Assembly (NCBI RefSeq): GCF_000284455.1
Contig: NC_017039.1
Coordinates: 1,800,001 to 1,832,000 of the forward strand
DNA: 32,000 bases
DNA from: Synechocystis sp. PCC 6803 substr. PCC-P
Lineage (GTDB): Bacteria > Cyanobacteriota > Cyanobacteriia > Cyanobacteriales > Microcystaceae
Direction: 5' to 3'
Part shown: positions 10,774-19,916 of the stretch, one piece after another
Position numbering within the stretch: position 1 is the first letter of the stretch
How the letters are laid out: every line of letters starts with the position of its first letter
The notes under the pieces: generated by a model
Database searches by the model: none
What the model saw: only the letters and a program-made list of their open reading frames with translations
Told to the model about the DNA's origin: nothing
Translations under genes and position numbers: made by a program

Positions 10774-12585
10774 ATGATGAATCCTTCTATTAATTCAGTT
10801 GATATAGAAAGTGCCACCGCTTTCATTCGTCACGAGCTCAGAACTCCCATTAATGCGATTGTCGGCTATGGGGAAATGGTTCAAGAAGAGTTAGCAGAAG
10901 CCAATTCTCCCCTTACAGAAGAAATAGATACATTACTGGTGGAAGCACAGAAGTTACTTGAAATTATCAACCTATTTGTTAAGCATTCTGACGGAGAGGA
11001 TAAGTCGGATTTTCAGAAGCTTTTTTCCACCATTCCTCACAGCACTAATTTTTCCATTACTAACATCATTCTTAACTGCGATAGTTTGCTCGAAGCAGAG
11101 GAATGCACCAATGAACTTGAACTTACTGAAGATATAAGAAAAATAAAATTAGCGGCCTTACGCTTGCAGGGCTTAGTCAATAATATTGAATCAATTTTTA
11201 CCAATTTTTTAGAATCATTAAATCCCGGCAATGGAACCGGTCTATCCCCTGATTTCATCTTTCCATCTTCCTCAAATACCAATGAAATTTCCCTAGGCAA
11301 TATCAAAACTAATGGTGTTGACTCCAGGGAACTGTTAAAAGGCAAAATTCTGGTGGTAGACGATAATCCCAGCAATTTAGATTTATTTTTTCAACACTTA
11401 ACCCGCAAAGGCCATGCAGTCACCACTTGTTTAAGTGCGAAGGACGTGTTAGGTCTTCTCCAAAGTCAAAATTACGATCTAATTTTGCTGGATCTACTCA
11501 TGCCAGAAACTAATGGAGACCAGTTTTTAGAATATTTAAAAACCAGTGTAGAATTCCAGCATATTCCGGTCATTATTGTTTCAGCTTTAGATGAATTTGA
11601 GAGTATTATTCGTTGTATTGAGATGGGGGCGGAAGATTTTTTGCCCAAACCCTTCGACCCAGTATTACTCAAGGCTCGCATCGGTTCTTCCTTAGAAAAA
11701 AAGCGTTTACGGGATCAAGAAAAGTTATATACCCAACAGGTGGAAGGCCTCTCAGAAATGATGGCTAAGGAGCTAGAAAAAGGTAGACAAATGCAAAAGA
11801 ATTTTTTGCCAGCCCATTTATTAACCAGGAGCGGGTGGGAATTTTCTGCCTACTTTAGTCCGGCCCAACAACTGGCTGGAGATTTTTATGACTTATTTGA
11901 GCTTCCTGGCGATCGCCTGGGAATAGTGGTGGCGGACGTTTGTGACAAAGGGGTAGGGGCCGCATTATTTATGGGATTATTCCGCAGTTTAATTCGCATT
12001 TTTTCCGGGCAAGCGGCCCTGGATGGTTTAATCAATCCTTCTTTTAATTTGCCTAGCGGTCAGGGTCTACTAGATGTCAACCTAGACAATTTGCTCAATA
12101 ACATTAATTTTGAACCATTGGAGTCTATTAAATTAATCAATAATTACGTCGCTATTAACCATGGCGAAGCTAGTATGTTTGCCACAATTTTCTTTGGCAT
12201 TCTAGAACCTAGCAGTGGTAAATTGTCCTATATTAATGGCGGTCACGAACCGGTTTTTATTGTCGATAGTAACCACCAGTTGAAAACCAAGTTAACCTCC
12301 ACAGGACCAGCGGTGGGAATGCTGCCTGATCTGCAGTTTAAAACGGCAGAAATTATTCTACAGCCAGGAGACTTACTACTGTCCTACACCGATGGCGTAA
12401 CGGAAGCAAAATCACCCACTGGTAACTTTTTTGGCAAGGAAAAATTATTAAACGCCCTAGGCAGTTCGTTTAACTCAGTTGATCAATTAATGCTTAATAT
12501 CAAGGAGTCCCTGGAGGAACATATGGGGGAAGCTCAACAGTTTGATGACATTACTTTGCTAGCGATTAAATTTCAAACAACTTAA
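10774..12585 (+). CDS. Hybrid signalling protein: HisKA-like segment + receiver + SpoIIE/RsbU-type PP2C phosphatase
   Basis: FIRHELRTPINAIVGYGEMV H-box-like; ILVVDDNPSNLDLFF...LILLDLLMPETNGDQF...EDFLPKPFDP receiver; AQQLAGDFYDLFELPGDRLGIVVADVCDKGVGAALFM and GDLLLSYTDGVTEAKSP phosphatase motifs. Confidence 0.93.
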   Translation: MMNPSINSVDIESATAFIRHELRTPINAIVGYGEMVQEELAEANSPLTEEIDTLLVEAQKLLEIINLFVKHSDGEDKSDFQKLFSTIPHSTNFSITNIILNCDSLLEAEECTNELELTEDIRKIKLAALRLQGLVNNIESIFTNFLESLNPGNGTGLSPDFIFPSSSNTNEISLGNIKTNGVDSRELLKGKILVVDDNPSNLDLFFQHLTRKGHAVTTCLSAKDVLGLLQSQNYDLILLDLLMPETNGDQFLEYLKTSVEFQHIPVIIVSALDEFESIIRCIEMGAEDFLPKPFDPVLLKARIGSSLEKKRLRDQEKLYTQQVEGLSEMMAKELEKGRQMQKNFLPAHLLTRSGWEFSAYFSPAQQLAGDFYDLFELPGDRLGIVVADVCDKGVGAALFMGLFRSLIRIFSGQAALDGLINPSFNLPSGQGLLDVNLDNLLNNINFEPLESIKLINNYVAINHGEASMFATIFFGILEPSSGKLSYINGGHEPVFIVDSNHQLKTKLTSTGPAVGMLPDLQFKTAEIILQPGDLLLSYTDGVTEAKSPTGNFFGKEKLLNALGSSFNSVDQLMLNIKESLEEHMGEAQQFDDITLLAIKFQTT

Positions 12586-13262
12586 CTATTTTTTAGAGTA
12601 GTTTCTTGCTCTAATTCTCCTTGGCAGAGGGTGAAAATACGTTGACAAAAATTTTCTAAATATTCCGGCGTATGGTTAACCATAACCATAGTGGTACCAT
12701 TTTCTTGGTTGATTAATTTTAGTTGTGTTAAAACCCTTTGGGCTAACGCCGGATCAAGAGCAGCAGTAGGTTCATCTAACAGAAGAATGCGAGGACTTAA
12801 CATGGTGGCCCGTACGATGGTAACCAACTGTCTTTGCCCCACAGAAAGCTGTAACTCATTGCGATCTAACCAATCACTGGGAATTTCCCAAATATCACAG
12901 GCCCGAATCCTTCGCCTTTGACATTCTGTTTTGCTAACTTTTTGTAATTCTAGAGGATAAATTAAGCTTTCTTCCACTGTCATACCCAAAAGTTTTGGCT
13001 CCTGGGGCACTAAAACTATTTCTTGGCGCAGTTGCTGAATCGGATATTTAGTTAAAGCTTTTCCATCATAAAAAATACTGCCCTGGCTTGCCTCTTGGAG
13101 CCGATTGAATAGCCTTAGTAAAGTGGTTTTTCCAGCCCCCGATCGCCCTTGGAGACCAATAATTTCCCCATGGTCAATGTGGAGAGAAATATTATTAAGT
13201 AAAACAGTGGCGCCAGTTATTTCAGTGGTGCTAACCCCGATTAATTTAATCAAAGAAGTCAT
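12582..13262 (-). CDS. ABC transporter ATP-binding protein (YbbL/PstB-like)
   Basis: Walker A GRSGAGKTT, Q-loop VPQEP, variant signature LSVGQRQ, Walker B ILLLDEPTAALD, H-loop VMVNHTPEY. Confidence 0.93.
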   Translation of the reverse strand: MTSLIKLIGVSTTEITGATVLLNNISLHIDHGEIIGLQGRSGAGKTTLLRLFNRLQEASQGSIFYDGKALTKYPIQQLRQEIVLVPQEPKLLGMTVEESLIYPLELQKVSKTECQRRRIRACDIWEIPSDWLDRNELQLSVGQRQLVTIVRATMLSPRILLLDEPTAALDPALAQRVLTQLKLINQENGTTMVMVNHTPEYLENFCQRIFTLCQGELEQETTLKNS

Positions 13263-14338
13263 GCATTCTCCGAGGCCAAGGCCTGTTGACGAATTAATTG
13301 TTGGACCTTAGCTAGGGCTGGGTTAACTTCCACATTTTGGCGATCTGGGTTCTGCTCAAAAGCGGCTTGCTCTTGGGAAATCATGCGAATATCCTGGTCA
13401 ATCAAACCTTCTAGTAAGGGCCGGGCTGTTCCCGATAGCCAATTTTTTAAAAAACTCCTAAAGGCAACGGGTAGTTTATGTAGTTTGGGAAAAGCTTCTA
13501 GGGAAGTAAAGTGGACTAAATAGGCCTTGGTTTTGTTGGCAGAAATGGGACAAAATAGGCAGTAAATTTTAAAGTCTGCTCCCAACGTAGAGGACCAATG
13601 GGGATAGATGTAACTCACCCGCAAATTTTCTGGATGCAATCGTCTTAGGGTAGGGAAAAACAGTTGGGAAATGGACCAGATTTTATCAATTTTGTAATAA
13701 CTTTGGGCATTGTAGTCCACCACCACCTGATCGCCATTGGTTTCAATTTCCCGGAGAGAAGCAGAGGCCCAAGCCTGGTAATTATCGTGTAAATGCCCAT
13801 GGTACATATCCATTAAATTTTCAATCAGGTAGGAAAAATGACCCGGGCAATCAAAGGCGGCGAAACTACCAATGTGGTTTAAATGGTGCCATTCTGGTAT
13901 CGCCAAGGGCTCTGGTCCGTGGCTGGCAAGATGGTCTAGATCCCCTGGATAAAGCCAAATAAACCCATCTTTTTCCTGCACAGGATAGGTGCGCAAACGG
14001 CAGGGAGGAAGTTTTTGATCCTCGCTAAAATAGGGGATCTTTGCACAGTGGCCCTGGGCATCAAACTGCCAACCATGGTAAGCACATTCTAAATTATTGC
14101 CCAACACCTTCCCTTCACTCAACTTCACTTGACGATGGGGACAACGATCCTCCACCGCCCGCACCTGGCCATCCTGGTCCCGATAAATGGCGATCGCCTT
14201 TTCCCAAAGAACAATTCCCAGTGGTCCCTGACCTAATTCCCCTGCTTGGGCCACCACATACCAATGGTTGAAATTGATTGGGGTAGTACGCAGCATAGAC
14301 AATACTTGACTATGGGAAGAAAGAGCGCTCATTAGCAA
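13259..14338 (-). CDS. Rieske-type (2Fe-2S) oxygenase alpha subunit, pheophorbide a oxygenase / aromatic ring dioxygenase-like
   Basis: Rieske motif CPHRQVKLSEGKVLGNNLECAYHGW and mononuclear iron site ENLMDMYHGHLHD. Confidence 0.9.
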   Translation of the reverse strand: MLMSALSSHSQVLSMLRTTPINFNHWYVVAQAGELGQGPLGIVLWEKAIAIYRDQDGQVRAVEDRCPHRQVKLSEGKVLGNNLECAYHGWQFDAQGHCAKIPYFSEDQKLPPCRLRTYPVQEKDGFIWLYPGDLDHLASHGPEPLAIPEWHHLNHIGSFAAFDCPGHFSYLIENLMDMYHGHLHDNYQAWASASLREIETNGDQVVVDYNAQSYYKIDKIWSISQLFFPTLRRLHPENLRVSYIYPHWSSTLGADFKIYCLFCPISANKTKAYLVHFTSLEAFPKLHKLPVAFRSFLKNWLSGTARPLLEGLIDQDIRMISQEQAAFEQNPDRQNVEVNPALAKVQQLIRQQALASENA

Positions 14339-14481
14339 GCCAACAACAGCGGTAAAGGTAAAGCAAAAAACTGATCCTACCCAGGTAAGGGCCGTCCCAC
14401 ACTGGAACTAGCTTGTCACGAAAGTCCCAAGCAATCCTGCTAGAATAAGGCATTCAAAATGATTTTTCAATCTGTTCTCGT

Positions 14482-15399
14482 ATGCCTTCTTCCTCCAACA
14501 GTGCAGCCTTTTCCCTCGATGAATTTGCCAAAGCCCTTGACAAACACGACTACCATGCGGAGAAAGGTCAAACCGTCCATGGCAAAATCTGTCAGCACGC
14601 TAACGAGGGAGTCTATGTGGATTTTGGCGGTAAATCCCCTGGCTTTGTCCCTGTACAGGAATTAGGTCTACGGCCCCACGCAGAAATTGAGGATAGTTTT
14701 CCCCTAGATAGTGCCTGGGATTTCCTCGTCACCAGTGAACAAAATGACGAAGGGCAGGTAAGGCTTTCTCGACGTCAGTTGCAAATCCAGCAATCTTGGG
14801 AAAATTTGGCAGAGTTGGAGGAGAGTGGCAAAACCCTCGAAATGGTCGTCACCGGTACCAACAAAGGAGGCGTGGTGGGCGATGTGGAAGGATTGCGGGG
14901 TTTCATTCCCCGATCGCACCTTATGCACAAGGACAATATGGACGCTTTGGTGGGGCAAGTGCTCAAAGCCCATATCCTCGAGGCCAACCAGGATAACAAT
15001 AAATTGGTGTTGACCCAGCGTCGCATCCAACAGGCCGAATCCATGGGCAAAATTGCGGCGGGCAATATCTACGAAGGCAAAGTGGCTAAAATTCAGCCCT
15101 ATGGCGTGTTTGTGGAAATTGAAGGGGTAACGGGTTTACTCCATGTCAGCCAGGTGAGCGGCACCAGGGTTGATTCCCTCAATACCCTGTTCGCCTTTGG
15201 CCAAGCCATCAGTGTCTACGTCCAAGAAATTGACGAGTATAAAAATCGCATTTCCCTTTCCACCCGTATTTTGGAAACCTATCCTGGGGAATTGGTGGAA
15301 AAATTTGACGAAATGATGGCCGATGCTCCCAATCGCTTACCTCTGGTACAATCGAAGCAAAATTTGGGCGATAAACAGGAGCAACTGGAAAAAAGTTAA
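14482..15399 (+). CDS. S1 RNA-binding domain protein (30S ribosomal protein S1 homologue)
   Basis: Three S1 repeats: GQTVHGKICQHANEGVYVDFGGKSPGFVP, LEMVVTGTNKGGVVGDVEGLRGFIPRSHL, GNIYEGKVAKIQPYGVFVEIEGVTGLLHVSQV. Confidence 0.93.
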   Translation: MPSSSNSAAFSLDEFAKALDKHDYHAEKGQTVHGKICQHANEGVYVDFGGKSPGFVPVQELGLRPHAEIEDSFPLDSAWDFLVTSEQNDEGQVRLSRRQLQIQQSWENLAELEESGKTLEMVVTGTNKGGVVGDVEGLRGFIPRSHLMHKDNMDALVGQVLKAHILEANQDNNKLVLTQRRIQQAESMGKIAAGNIYEGKVAKIQPYGVFVEIEGVTGLLHVSQVSGTRVDSLNTLFAFGQAISVYVQEIDEYKNRISLSTRILETYPGELVEKFDEMMADAPNRLPLVQSKQNLGDKQEQLEKS

Positions 15400-15882
15400 G
15401 GATAGATTTAAAGGACTCTCCCCAGTTTGAACGATGACTAAAACAGGGTACCCAGGCAACTCAGTAAAACAGTTTTAAGTACGCTTCGAGCATTATCCTC
15501 CAAGCTGGGATTGGGGAGCCAAATACCAAAAAGAGTCAGAGAAACTCTCCCTGACTCCACCAAATGTTGTTGTTGCTTGAGGAAATCTCAGTGGCGGTTT
15601 CCCAACTCGCGCAGTCTTTGATTTCTATATAGAAAATTGTAACATGGAACACGATTTTTGTAACAAAAAATAAAGTTTGGTTATTTCTGTCCCCAATTTG
15701 ATCTTAAAGCAACTAGTCTGAGACTTTATGACCGTTTTCTGCAACTACCTGAACTATGAGAATTTTGTCTTTAACTGGTTTGGGATCAGACAAAATTTTG
15801 TCCCCATATTATCGCAATAGAAGACAAGGATATTGAAAAAACTTCAATTTCTCCCCAGAGCAAAATTTGGGGAATTAGTCTA

Positions 15883-17790
15883 TTAATTGAGCGGTTGGTT
15901 CAGGCGTTGACTTTCTAGCCGTTGAATTTCTTGGTGAGCTTTTTGCCACTGCTCTTGATAGTAACGAAAATCCTCCGCTTGGGTACGGGGATCTAACTGT
16001 TGCAGTTTACCAAAGCAATGCTTTTGATAACTTTCCCAAGGCACTTTTTCCATAATGGCGATCGCCTCTGGAATGCGCAGATTAGCTCGAAACAGATCTT
16101 CGGCACTGGTTTCCGTCAGTTGAAAAAGAGACTCAACGGAGTTAAAGTCTCCCTCTTGCTCCAGGTAAGCTAATTGCACTAGTAGGGGTAGCTGATTATC
16201 GGGGTCGGAATCCAAATTAAAATACTCCCGCACCTGGTCAATTTTTTGCCACAGTAAACGATGGTGAGCAAAGCTAAATAAAAGATCGTTTTCCGTCAAT
16301 ATTTGATCAATAGTTGGCCGTTCCTGGGGGCAATGGAGATATATTTTCAACAATAGAGCTTCCGCCTTCTCCAGCAGGCTACTGGTGGGATCCTTGGCCT
16401 GCCAATGCCTAGACCCATTTTTTCCAGGGCGATCGCCATAGGTCAGTTGACTAGAAAGATTATTAACTTGCAAACTAATTAAACGACTGTCTCCTTGACT
16501 CAAAATTTCTCCACATAACTGTAGATAGTAGGCCCGTTTATTTTGGTCTGTTAAACGTTTTAGAATGTCCACCATCCCCCTGGCTACCTGCTCAAAATCG
16601 AGGGGATCTTTGAGATTTTTTTGCTTGAGCAATTGTTGAATTTGCCAATCTACCCAGAGGGGAGCCTGCTTAACTAAAGTTTGGTAAATTTCTTTATTTT
16701 CAGCACTACTGTGGATAAACTCATCGGCATCTTTCCCCGCCGGTAGGTTCAAAATACGCAAATTAACTTGACCACTATAAACCAAAGGCTCAATTTCCTG
16801 GATCGCACGCTGGGTAGCATTAATACCAGCCTTATCGGCATCAAAATTAAAAATAATTTGCTTAGATTGACTAAACCGCATCAAACTTTGTACTTGGTCT
16901 CGACTTAAGGCGATTCCCAAGGCCGCCACAGTTTGCTTAATACCACTTTCGTGCAGAGCAATAACGTCAAAATAGCCCTCTACTAAAATTGCTTCATCTA
17001 CTTTTTGAATAGCAGTTTTGGCTTGGTCTAAACCAAATAAAGTCTTGCTTTTATGAAATAAAGGAGTCTCTGGAGAATTGAGGTATTTCGGCTCATCGTT
17101 TCCCAAGGTTCTACTGCCAAAAGCAATGGTTTTACCTTGAACATCCCGAATCGGAATCATCAAACGATGGCGAAATTGATCGTAATAACCAGTACCAGAT
17201 TGACGAGCCTTAATTAAGCCCGCCTGTTCCACTGCCGCCACAGGATAACGTTTTTGCTCCACCAAATAGCGGTAAAGAGTTTCCCAACCAGCTGGAGCAT
17301 AACCCAACTGAAATTCTTGGATCGTAGCTGAAGATAAACAACGTTTTTGATCCAAATAAGTTAGAGCTTCCTGTCCTTGGGGTTGAAAAAGAGTATGGTG
17401 ATAAAAACCGGCAGCCACAGCCATAATTTCATAGAGCTGTTCCCGCAGAGATAGTTGCCGTTGTAACTCCTGTTTTTGCGCCGGCTCTAGGGTTTGAATT
17501 TGGATTTGATAGCGACGGGCTAAATCTAAAGCCACATCTGTAAAGGAACGCTTACCCAGTTCCATTAAAAAATTAAAGGCATTGCCCCCAGCCCCACAAC
17601 CAAAGCAATAATACATTTGCTTGGCTGGACTGACACTAAAACTCGGTGACTTTTCATCGTGGAAAGGACATAGGCCAAGGTGATCCCGCCCCCTTTTCTT
17701 GAGCACGACATAATCGCCGATAATTTCGACAATGTCTATTCTTTGCTTAATTTCTTGGATGGTGTCTGGATGCAGACGGAGGTTATCCAT
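15883..17790 (-). CDS. dnaG: DNA primase
   Basis: CHC2 zinc finger CPFHDEKSPSFSVSPAKQMYYCFGCGAGG, TOPRIM EAILVEGYFDVIALHESG, IIFNFDADKAG. Confidence 0.96.
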   Translation of the reverse strand: MDNLRLHPDTIQEIKQRIDIVEIIGDYVVLKKRGRDHLGLCPFHDEKSPSFSVSPAKQMYYCFGCGAGGNAFNFLMELGKRSFTDVALDLARRYQIQIQTLEPAQKQELQRQLSLREQLYEIMAVAAGFYHHTLFQPQGQEALTYLDQKRCLSSATIQEFQLGYAPAGWETLYRYLVEQKRYPVAAVEQAGLIKARQSGTGYYDQFRHRLMIPIRDVQGKTIAFGSRTLGNDEPKYLNSPETPLFHKSKTLFGLDQAKTAIQKVDEAILVEGYFDVIALHESGIKQTVAALGIALSRDQVQSLMRFSQSKQIIFNFDADKAGINATQRAIQEIEPLVYSGQVNLRILNLPAGKDADEFIHSSAENKEIYQTLVKQAPLWVDWQIQQLLKQKNLKDPLDFEQVARGMVDILKRLTDQNKRAYYLQLCGEILSQGDSRLISLQVNNLSSQLTYGDRPGKNGSRHWQAKDPTSSLLEKAEALLLKIYLHCPQERPTIDQILTENDLLFSFAHHRLLWQKIDQVREYFNLDSDPDNQLPLLVQLAYLEQEGDFNSVESLFQLTETSAEDLFRANLRIPEAIAIMEKVPWESYQKHCFGKLQQLDPRTQAEDFRYYQEQWQKAHQEIQRLESQRLNQPLN

Positions 17791-17875
17791 GATAAATCAA
17801 CCTACTCTCCTTCTAAGAGTGACGATGGGGAGAGATACTTGTCAACTTAAGCTCTACTCAAGCATGGTCAACCAG

Positions 17876-17905
17876 CAAAAAGCACCCCCCGGTGAAGGAG
17901 AGTGC
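17876..17905 (-). terminator. Rho-independent terminator of psbA
   Basis: Minus strand GCACTCTCC-TTCACC-GGGGGGTGC-TTTTT: 9-bp stem with G:U pairs and U tract, about 40 nt after the psbA stop. Confidence 0.85.
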
Positions 17906-17942
17906 AATTTGCAGATTATTCAGTTGGCATTACACCAAGGAA

Positions 17943-19025
17943 TTAACCGTTGACAGCAGGAGCGGTCAAAGCCACAGGAGCTTGCTCCCCAGACGCTAAG
18001 TCGAGGGGGAAGTTGTGGGCATTGCGTTCGTGCATTACTTCAAAACCGATGTTGGCGCGGTTCAATACATCAGCCCAGGTGCCGATTACACGGCCTTGGC
18101 TATCCAAGATGGACTGGTTGAAGTTGAAACCGTTCAGGTTGAACGCCATGGTGCTTACACCCATAGCAGTGAACCAGATGCCGATTACAGGCCAAGCACC
18201 CAAGAAGAAGTGCAAGGAACGGCTGTTGTTGAAAGAAGCATATTGGAAGATCAACCGACCAAAGTAGCCGTGGGCGGCAACGATGTTGTAGGTTTCTTCT
18301 TCTTGACCGAATTTGTAACCGTAGTTCTGGGATTCAACTTCGGTGGTTTCACGCACCAAGGAGGAGGTTACCAAGGAACCGTGCATGGCGGAGAACAAGC
18401 TACCACCGAATACACCAGCCACACCTAACATGTGGAAGGGGTGCATCAGGATGTTGTGCTCAGCTTGGAACACGATCATGAAGTTGAAGGTACCAGAAAT
18501 ACCCAAGGGCATACCATCAGAGAAGGAGCCTTGACCAATGGGGTAGATCAAGAATACAGCGGTGGCAGCGGATACGGGGGCAGAGTAAGCCACACAAATC
18601 CAAGGACGCATACCTAAGCGGTAGGAAAGTTCCCACTGACGACCCATGTAGCAGAAAATGCCGATGAGGAAGTGGAATACTACCAACTGGTAAGGACCAC
18701 CGTTGTACAACCACTCATCTAAGGAAGCGGCTTCCCAGATGGGGTAGAAGTGCAAACCGATAGCGTTGGAAGAAGGTACAACAGCACCAGAGATGATGTT
18801 GTTACCGTAGAGCAAGGAACCAGCAACGGGCTCACGGATACCGTCGATGTCAACGGGGGGAGCGGCGATGAAGGCAATGATGAAGCAAGTGGTGGCAGTT
18901 AAGAGGGTGGGGATCATCAAGGTACCGAACCAACCGACATAAATCCGGTTGTTGGTAGAGGTCACCCACTGACAAAACTGTTCCCACAATGAAGCGCTTT
19001 CGCGCTGTTGGAGAGTCGTTGTCAT
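17943..19025 (-). CDS. psbA: Photosystem II D1 protein, 360 aa precursor
   Basis: [34 protein letters not shown]...[11 protein letters not shown]-like Qb region...[23 protein letters not shown]. The track start at 19076 is upstream of the canonical MTTTLQQ start. Context suggests psbA3 (inference). Confidence 0.98.
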   Translation of the reverse strand: MTTTLQQRESASLWEQFCQWVTSTNNRIYVGWFGTLMIPTLLTATTCFIIAFIAAPPVDIDGIREPVAGSLLYGNNIISGAVVPSSNAIGLHFYPIWEAASLDEWLYNGGPYQLVVFHFLIGIFCYMGRQWELSYRLGMRPWICVAYSAPVSAATAVFLIYPIGQGSFSDGMPLGISGTFNFMIVFQAEHNILMHPFHMLGVAGVFGGSLFSAMHGSLVTSSLVRETTEVESQNYGYKFGQEEETYNIVAAHGYFGRLIFQYASFNNSRSLHFFLGAWPVIGIWFTAMGVSTMAFNLNGFNFNQSILDSQGRVIGTWADVLNRANIGFEVMHERNAHNFPLDLASGEQAPVALTAPAVNG

Positions 19026-19119
19026 TTGGTTATAATTCCTTATGTATTTGTCAATGTTCAAAGGATTTGGCCTCAAGCTCAGAGATTTCTTTGCTTGGGA
19101 GCCGGTTATGTATATGAGT

Positions 19120-19148
19120 AATATAACAAGATTGTAACAATTTGTAAA
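19120..19148 (-). promoter_or_regulatory. Putative sigma70-type psbA promoter
   Basis: Minus strand TTTACA - 17 nt - TATATT, about 95 nt upstream of the ATG. Confidence 0.6.
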
Positions 19149-19265
19149 TAGCTTGCTGAAAAAAATCTGTCTAGCCGGTGGTTGCTAGGGGTTGCCGATC
19201 GCCATTAGAGGGGTGATTGATTCCGTTGGGGCTTCAGTCTGTGGTGGTGGGGAGATGGAAAGCCA

Positions 19266-19865
19266 CTAATCCTGCAACACAACTTCCCCTTGGCGCAGAA
19301 TTTGGAAGATTTCCTTTGCTCCGTCCCATTGGGCAACGGTGGACGGTAGACCTTTGCCAATTGGCCCCTGTTGCTCCAGGCTGAGGCAATCTAGACAATG
19401 AACGGCAGGGAAAGTTTCGGCAATATCGGCCAACTTTTCCAGGGGGGGCTGTCCCGACAAATTAGCACTGGTGGTGGCCAGGGGTCCCGTTTGCAGCAAA
19501 ATTTCTAGGGAGATCGCCTGGCGGGGAATGCGAACCCCAATGGTCTGGTCTTGACGGGGATTGATTTCCGGGGGCAACTTTTCGCTGCACGGCAGTACCA
19601 AAGTTAGGGCACCGGGCCAATATTCTGCCATTACTGCCTGCCACAGTTGCTTTTCCCGCTGACTACCTGCCAGGTAAGGGAGAATTTGTTCTACGGTTGC
19701 CGCCATCAAAATTAATGGTTTACTAGCTTCCCGTTGTTTAAGCTCGTAAATTAAAGCTGAGTTTTCTGGACGCACCGCCAAAGCCGGCACTGTATCCGTG
19801 GGAAAACTGACGACCCGATGGGCGATCGCCGCTGAGACTAAATCCGATTGACTAACTAGGGGCAC
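19266..19865 (-). CDS. Sua5/YciO/YrdC family threonylcarbamoyl-AMP synthase-like
   Basis: FPTDTVPALAV, IYELKQREASKPLILMAA, WPGALTLVLP, TIGVRIPRQ, GPLATTSANLSGQP. Confidence 0.92.
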   Translation of the reverse strand: MPLVSQSDLVSAAIAHRVVSFPTDTVPALAVRPENSALIYELKQREASKPLILMAATVEQILPYLAGSQREKQLWQAVMAEYWPGALTLVLPCSEKLPPEINPRQDQTIGVRIPRQAISLEILLQTGPLATTSANLSGQPPLEKLADIAETFPAVHCLDCLSLEQQGPIGKGLPSTVAQWDGAKEIFQILRQGEVVLQD

Positions 19866-19916
19866 GGTTAAGTCCGACTCATAAAATTCAAAATTATTAT
19901 TACCAGCGGAATATGT

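Noticed and set aside
13259-14338. Literal assignment as a chlorobenzoate dioxygenase
   Set aside because: Rieske and iron motifs support the superfamily only; substrate cannot be inferred and no aromatic-degradation genes are adjacent.
14775-15065. Minus-strand ORFs over the S1-protein gene
   Set aside because: S1 repeats clearly define the coding strand; the overlapping ORFs are spurious.
17950-18714. Several ORFs antisense to psbA
   Set aside because: Fall entirely within the highly constrained D1 coding sequence on the opposite strand; no independent coding evidence.
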